From NCBI GenBank assembly GCA_038146705.1, contig JAYQSB010000005.1, positions 10,628-74,627 of the forward strand: a stretch of 64,000 nucleotides of DNA, read 5' to 3'. The first letter of the stretch is position 1; the number at the start of each line of letters is the position of its first letter. Shown in pieces: positions 58,877-64,000 of the stretch. A model generated the notes under the pieces. It searched no databases, was not told where the DNA came from, and was given only the letters and a program-made list of their open reading frames with translations. The position numbers were made by a program, and so were the translations under genes. Source of the DNA: Candidatus Poseidoniales archaeon (lineage in GTDB: Archaea > Thermoplasmatota > Poseidoniia > Poseidoniales > Poseidoniaceae).

Positions 58877-61800
58877 ATGTCTGTTGATTTTTCCCATCTG
58901 CACGAAAAACTTCACCATGTCCTTCATCAAAAGGACTGGGTTCCGACACCAATTCAGGCAGCTTCTGTAGAAGATATCGTATCTGGAAAAGACAGAATTC
59001 TCATCGCCCCTACAGGTTCAGGAAAGACATTGGCTGGAATTTTACCATTGTTCCATCGGTGCCTCAATGAACATTGGTCCGGCCTTTCAATCCTCTATAT
59101 CACGCCGTTAAGGGCATTAAATCGGGATGTCGACCTTCGGTTGAGTCAAATTGCAGAGGAGGTCGGTTTACGGGTTGGCACCCGGCACGGAGATACCTCG
59201 CAAAGCGAACGGCAAAAACAGGTGAGAAATCCACCTCATATGCTCATTACCACCCCTGAAACCTTCCAATTGATGTTGAGTGGAAAACGATTGAGAGAGA
59301 TGCTAAAGGATGTTCAAACGGTCGTTTGTGATGAAGTTCACGATATCGCATCAAGTGAACGCGGATGGCAATTACGAATTGGCCTCGAGCGACTTGACAC
59401 GCTCGTAGGGCGACGAATTCAACGGCTTGGTTTGTCAGCAACAGTCGGCAATCCTGAACAAGTTGCAGCATGGCTTTCCCACCGAGATTGTCAACCAATT
59501 ATTCACACGGGTAACAGGGAGACAAACATTGAGGTATGTGCATCTGAAATCACCGAAGCATCCGAACAAGGCGCTGTGAAACATGCTATGAAGCCAAGAC
59601 AATGGTCAACCTACACGAAAGTACTCGATGTGATCAAACGAGAACCACCTTGTCTTGTGTTCGTCAACAGCAGAAACGAGGCAGAAACCCTCGCAGGACA
59701 TTTGTCAACGCTTGCCCCTGACTTTGACATTGGGGTGCATCATGGTTCCTTAGCAAAGGATGTACGAGAGCAAATGGAGAATGATTTACGAAGTGGGAAA
59801 TTATCTGCTCTCGTCTGTACGTCATCTTTAGAATTGGGCATTGATGTGGGTGCAATAAAAACCGTTCTTCAACTTCATTCCCCAAAATCATCAGACAGAA
59901 TGCTACAAAGAATTGGGCGAGCAGACCACAAGGTTGGTGGCATTGGTAATGGTTTTGTATTTTCTTGGGATGTCGACCACCTTGCAGAATCAAGTATCAT
60001 ATCCATGCTCGCAATGAATGGAGACATCGAACCTGTTGAACTTCGTCGTAGGCCGATGACTGTAGCATTGAACCAATTGGTCATGATGGCCCATGCAAAT
60101 GGGGCAATGGCCATTGATGAAGCAACAAGAATCATCGGTTTATCGCCCCAATTTGATGGATGGTCGAGAGAAGATACTGAACGTATTCTATCAGTCCTTG
60201 ATGACCGATGGATTCTTCGATTTTCATCAGAACCGCATCTCTTGCCATGGTACCGATGGCCGAAGGCATTGATTCGAAAAGCATGTGCTGAAGTCAATAT
60301 TGATGAAAATAAAATTCTCGAACAACTGCCTTCATACACAACAGATGAAGATGATATACCGAGAGAGATTAAAGAATTCAATTTGCCCATTCCACAACAC
60401 CTTTCGAAAGGATGGTTCAGCACTGCTGGAAAAACATTTGATTGGGTAAGGAATAATCTCTCGATGATACCGAATAAACGAATGTACACCGTTCGCGATG
60501 CTGTCACTCGGAAAAGTTTAGGAAAGGTTGACGAAGCTTTCGTGTTATCATTGAATCAATCTGGTGAAGATGAAGACGGTGTAACACGTCAATTTGTGAT
60601 TGCTGGACGAACATGGATTATCGTCGATGCAGACCCTGATCAAAGCGAATTGCTTGTTGCACCGATAAAATCACACGGGAAAGCACCAGTTTGGGTGGGT
60701 GAAATTCCTCCTGTACCTCAAGACATTGCACAAAAAGTTGGTCGATTCCGTCGACTTTTAGCCGATTCAATCGAATTGGATTATCCACGCACTTCACCAC
60801 CATCAATCGACAAGTTTGGACATAGGAACACTGGTGTTTTCACCTTGCAAGAAGTCCCACTCAATACCGTTGGTCAGAACATGTTACTTGAGCAAGTGGT
60901 CAAACACGTTGAGGATGCTGAACATCTGCCAAGTGACCTTTCAATCACCATTGAAGAACGAAGTGATGCTTTGGTTGTGAATTGCTGTCAAGGGTCAAAA
61001 ATTAACGAAGCGTTGGGCCAATTTCTTTTGGTCATGTCATCAACGATCACTGGTCAATGGGGGAGGGTTGAATGTGAGCCCACTCGAATTTCTTTGTCTG
61101 TCGGTTCTGCTGTACAAGTCGAAGATCTTCAAAAATGGCTTCTAGAAACACCCCCAGATGCCTTAGAAAATATCCTCAGCGTTACATTACCAAATTCTAC
61201 CCAGGTTCGTTGGAGATTTGCACAAGTTGCAAAATTATTCGGTATTTTACGAGAAGGTGTTGACCCACGGAAGATCAACCTCCAAGCTTTACTGAAGAAA
61301 TATCGCGGAACGGTTGTCATGGAAGAGGTCCTGAGTAAACTCTTCTTTGAGCGAATGGATGTTCACGGTGCAAGAGATGTGCTCGAAGCATTGCAAAATG
61401 GCACAATTGATTGTCATCTTACAGCTTCGGGCCCATTGGGCATTTCAAGTCGAACAAGAGAGGATATGACCTTACCAAATTGGGATAATGCTGAATTGCG
61501 TAGCCAACTCAAATCAAGACTGAGTAATGAACGGGCCGCTCTTTGCTGTCTAAAGTGCCAAAAAACCAAGCGATTTAGGGTTGCAAGATACACCTCTATC
61601 GACAATGTAGAAACTTGCTTAGGTTGCGGAGGACGTATGCTTGCATGTGCAAGAGAGGGTATGCTCGATATGCTCGAAAAATGGGTCGCTTCCGAGGATA
61701 CTGTTGAGCAAGACAGAATGATGAAGAATGCTGATATTGTAGCAAATCGAGGGCATGAAGCCATTCTTTGTCTTATGGGAAGAGGTATTGGTGAAGCGAC

Positions 61801-61912
61801 AGCAATACGCATTTTACGAAAAGTTCGACGTGGCGATGAGGAAGGCCTGCTACAAGCAATACATCATGCCGAGGTCGAATATGCAAGAACAAGGCGATTC
61901 TGGGGCAATTGA
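58877..61912 (+). CDS. lhr: Lhr-family ATP-dependent SF2 helicase
   Basis: APTGSGKT, TPLRALNRD, TTPET, DEVH, SAT, HHGSL, SSLELGID, QRIGR; C-terminal CxxC..CxxC and RTRRFW. Confidence 0.92.
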   Translation: MSVDFSHLHEKLHHVLHQKDWVPTPIQAASVEDIVSGKDRILIAPTGSGKTLAGILPLFHRCLNEHWSGLSILYITPLRALNRDVDLRLSQIAEEVGLRVGTRHGDTSQSERQKQVRNPPHMLITTPETFQLMLSGKRLREMLKDVQTVVCDEVHDIASSERGWQLRIGLERLDTLVGRRIQRLGLSATVGNPEQVAAWLSHRDCQPIIHTGNRETNIEVCASEITEASEQGAVKHAMKPRQWSTYTKVLDVIKREPPCLVFVNSRNEAETLAGHLSTLAPDFDIGVHHGSLAKDVREQMENDLRSGKLSALVCTSSLELGIDVGAIKTVLQLHSPKSSDRMLQRIGRADHKVGGIGNGFVFSWDVDHLAESSIISMLAMNGDIEPVELRRRPMTVALNQLVMMAHANGAMAIDEATRIIGLSPQFDGWSREDTERILSVLDDRWILRFSSEPHLLPWYRWPKALIRKACAEVNIDENKILEQLPSYTTDEDDIPREIKEFNLPIPQHLSKGWFSTAGKTFDWVRNNLSMIPNKRMYTVRDAVTRKSLGKVDEAFVLSLNQSGEDEDGVTRQFVIAGRTWIIVDADPDQSELLVAPIKSHGKAPVWVGEIPPVPQDIAQKVGRFRRLLADSIELDYPRTSPPSIDKFGHRNTGVFTLQEVPLNTVGQNMLLEQVVKHVEDAEHLPSDLSITIEERSDALVVNCCQGSKINEALGQFLLVMSSTITGQWGRVECEPTRISLSVGSAVQVEDLQKWLLETPPDALENILSVTLPNSTQVRWRFAQVAKLFGILREGVDPRKINLQALLKKYRGTVVMEEVLSKLFFERMDVHGARDVLEALQNGTIDCHLTASGPLGISSRTREDMTLPNWDNAELRSQLKSRLSNERAALCCLKCQKTKRFRVARYTSIDNVETCLGCGGRMLACAREGMLDMLEKWVASEDTVEQDRMMKNADIVANRGHEAILCLMGRGIGEATAIRILRKVRRGDEEGLLQAIHHAEVEYARTRRFWGN

Positions 61913-61960
61913 CCCCGGTCGTGTACATACATTGATATTGACGAAATAGTCCACATAGTC

Positions 61961-62518
61961 ATGGAAATTTCTAGAGATTTCGTTCGAACGACGGTTATCA
62001 TTGGTGGAATTTTGGTTCTTTCCTCATATGTTTGGGGTGTTTCAAAAATGGAACATCCTGACCAATTATGGGGCGGTGTGTCTAAGTCGTTACAAAAAAT
62101 TACGGTCCCTTTCATGTTTCTAGCAGCCATTGGATTCCTTATCTTTTGGTGGAATTCAATGTACTCCCTTTCAATCGAAGAACTTCAATCCTTACACTTC
62201 CCTTGGAATGATAACGATGGCGAAGGTATCCAACGAATGTTTTTCGCCTACATGTTGTTTCTCATTCCGTCGATGTTTTGGTTGGAAAGCACACGATTCC
62301 ATGAAATGAACACTTATACATGGACACCTGTACTCGTTATCGGTATCCTCGCTCTCGCATCAATTGGCAATATCCTCTTCATATTCCTAGCGTATTCGGC
62401 GTACGAACAGGATATTGCCCGCTCGGGTTGGATGCTGCTTGGAACAATTTTTCTTGCTATCCAAGTCATCATCAATGACCTTGTTATTTGGTCATATGCT
62501 TACCCTTGGAAAGGATAG
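61961..62518 (+). CDS. Hypothetical membrane protein
   Basis: Five hydrophobic helices; LWGG motif. Confidence 0.65.
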   Translation: MEISRDFVRTTVIIGGILVLSSYVWGVSKMEHPDQLWGGVSKSLQKITVPFMFLAAIGFLIFWWNSMYSLSIEELQSLHFPWNDNDGEGIQRMFFAYMLFLIPSMFWLESTRFHEMNTYTWTPVLVIGILALASIGNILFIFLAYSAYEQDIARSGWMLLGTIFLAIQVIINDLVIWSYAYPWKG

Positions 62519-62520
62519 GT

Positions 62521-62994
62521 CTAAGCAAAACGTGGATCTTGAGGCCCTGAAGTTCGTTGGATTTCTATACCATGCTCTTCGAGATAACCAATTCCATTTT
62601 CGCCACCAAAACCACCGTCAACGATGACAACTCGGGAAATTCCTGCGTGATGAATCAGTTTTGCACACATCATGCATGGTTCTCCAGTAACGATGAGCCA
62701 AGCTTGATTCGTCTTGACTCCGTTTGCTGCAGAGTTACAAATTAAATTCATTTCTGCGTGATGACATCCAATTTCAACTCGGGTACCTGAGGCTACGTTC
62801 ATTGTATCACGGAGGCATTCATCGCCACCGCAGAGGGTTCCTCCGCCACGAGGACCGCCATTGTACCCGTCCATAAGGACAACATTTCGCTCAGGGTCGA
62901 CAAGGAGTGCCCCAAATTTTCGTCGAGGGCAATTCGACGCCTCCGCTAGTGCGAGACATTGTTGAATACGAATCGCTAGGTGCTTCTCCTTCAT
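62521..62994 (-). CDS. dCMP deaminase (ComEB-like)
   Basis: SNC.RR..GA, GYNG, HAEMN, PCMMC zinc motif. Confidence 0.9.
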   Translation of the reverse strand: MKEKHLAIRIQQCLALAEASNCPRRKFGALLVDPERNVVLMDGYNGGPRGGGTLCGGDECLRDTMNVASGTRVEIGCHHAEMNLICNSAANGVKTNQAWLIVTGEPCMMCAKLIHHAGISRVVIVDGGFGGENGIGYLEEHGIEIQRTSGPQDPRFA

Positions 62995-63050
62995 CCTCTA
63001 TCATGGCGACACAACAATCATTCATGTTTGATTGCTTCGATTGAATTTTT

Positions 63051-64000
63051 TCAATCATCGAACAAACTTAATTGTTCATCAGAATCATAGCCTAATGCCT
63101 CGAGCACATTACCCTGAAGATAGAGTGAACCTATGACAAGTACTCGATGTGGAGAAGAACAGTTGTCGATGATGTAATCAATCGCCTCTTTGGGGTGTGC
63201 ATACTCGATGATTGGAACGTTGTAGGATTCGAAATATTTCCGTAACTCTGAGGGCTGTACACCAGGGTACCTTCCTTTTTGCGGAGACGTGAGAATGATG
63301 TGAAGGGGTGGAGTTCTTGTGAGCCATGGTCGGAGTGGTTCAATCATGTCGTCCATCGATTGCTGAGGCGATGTGCCGAACATGAGGCTCCAGTTCGATG
63401 GCCAGTTGGTCACCATAGATTCGAGTGCACGGCCCATGCCACTAGGGTTGTGTGCTCCCTCGAGGAAGAATTCGATGTCTTGATGCTGCAAAAGTTGTTG
63501 TCGGCCTGGCCATGAGACTTGATGCACACGTTTACCACATTCAATACCAAGGTACGAATGAAGCGATTGATGAATCAACAATTGAGCCTCATCAATGTAA
63601 TCGGTGGAGGATGCCGTGTCAATAAATTGGAGGTGAGAGGGGCCTTCTAGCTCATCAATACCAATAATGGTTGGATTCGATGCAACGTCCTCAAAGACCT
63701 CTTGAACGGCCTGAGAATGAGGGTGTTTTACAAAAATTGGGCACTTCGGTCGAGCAATTCCTGCTTTTTCTCTTGCAATATCCTCGATGCGATGACCGAG
63801 AACATCTGTGTGTTCAAGGCTAATGCTCGTTACCACACAACATGTTGCTGGAGCAGTACGGGTAGCATCAAGTCGCCCTCCTAGACCGGTTTCGAGAATG
63901 AGTGCATCGACATCGAGAAGACGAAGACATTCGAGCGTTACGAGATAGGTCGCTTCAAAAAATGTCATCTTTTCATCTACATCATGTAGACGATGTCGAA
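63051..64000 (-). CDS. folC: Folylpolyglutamate/dihydrofolate synthase (5'-truncated by window edge)
   Basis: TFFE, LETGLGGRLDAT, EHT..LG, IAREKAGI, WPGR, GAHN, GSLYL; frame open to the window end. Confidence 0.92.
   Translation of the reverse strand, partial: RHRLHDVDEKMTFFEATYLVTLECLRLLDVDALILETGLGGRLDATRTAPATCCVVTSISLEHTDVLGHRIEDIAREKAGIARPKCPIFVKHPHSQAVQEVFEDVASNPTIIGIDELEGPSHLQFIDTASSTDYIDEAQLLIHQSLHSYLGIECGKRVHQVSWPGRQQLLQHQDIEFFLEGAHNPSGMGRALESMVTNWPSNWSLMFGTSPQQSMDDMIEPLRPWLTRTPPLHIILTSPQKGRYPGVQPSELRKYFESYNVPIIEYAHPKEAIDYIIDNCSSPHRVLVIGSLYLQGNVLEALGYDSDEQLSLFDD

Noticed and set aside
59875-60507. 210-aa antisense ORF inside lhr, and similar shadow ORFs such as 20914..21414 and 25740..26183
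   Set aside because: Fully overlap well-supported genes on the opposite strand and have no motifs

Overview
Gene-dense archaeal chromosomal segment. Gene content (Orc1/Cdc6, Hjc, MC1, Bud32, Lhr, PPAT-DUF359 fusion, DUF3860, bacterial-type GlpX/NadA/FolC, giant acidic surface proteins) points to Thermoplasmatota, most likely Marine Group II (Ca. Poseidoniales); this taxonomy is an inference. There are about 60 CDS and no rRNA, tRNA, CRISPR or mobile element that I can support. Highlights: (1) an unannotated ~250-nt intergenic RNA (30805-31053) made of four tandem K-turn/K-loop hairpins with ANA/ACA-type boxes, i.e. a four-unit H/ACA pseudouridylation guide; hairpin 4 matches 23S rRNA helix 69 as I recall that sequence. 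(2) A BoxB-type aryl-CoA epoxidase gene cluster with a single-domain BoxC-like crotonase, aldehyde dehydrogenase, hydroxyacyl-CoA dehydrogenase, transporter, HTH regulator and a tandem palindromic operator; no BoxA is present, but an orphan CysJ-like reductase lies about 15 kb away. (3) A type IV pilus-like locus. (4) A candidate replication origin next to cdc6. (5) A structured 3' element behind the MC1 gene. (6) Surface proteins with nested domain insertions and a shared W-[TS]-x-[ED]-Q tail motif. All family assignments come from motif recognition by eye; no database searches were run.
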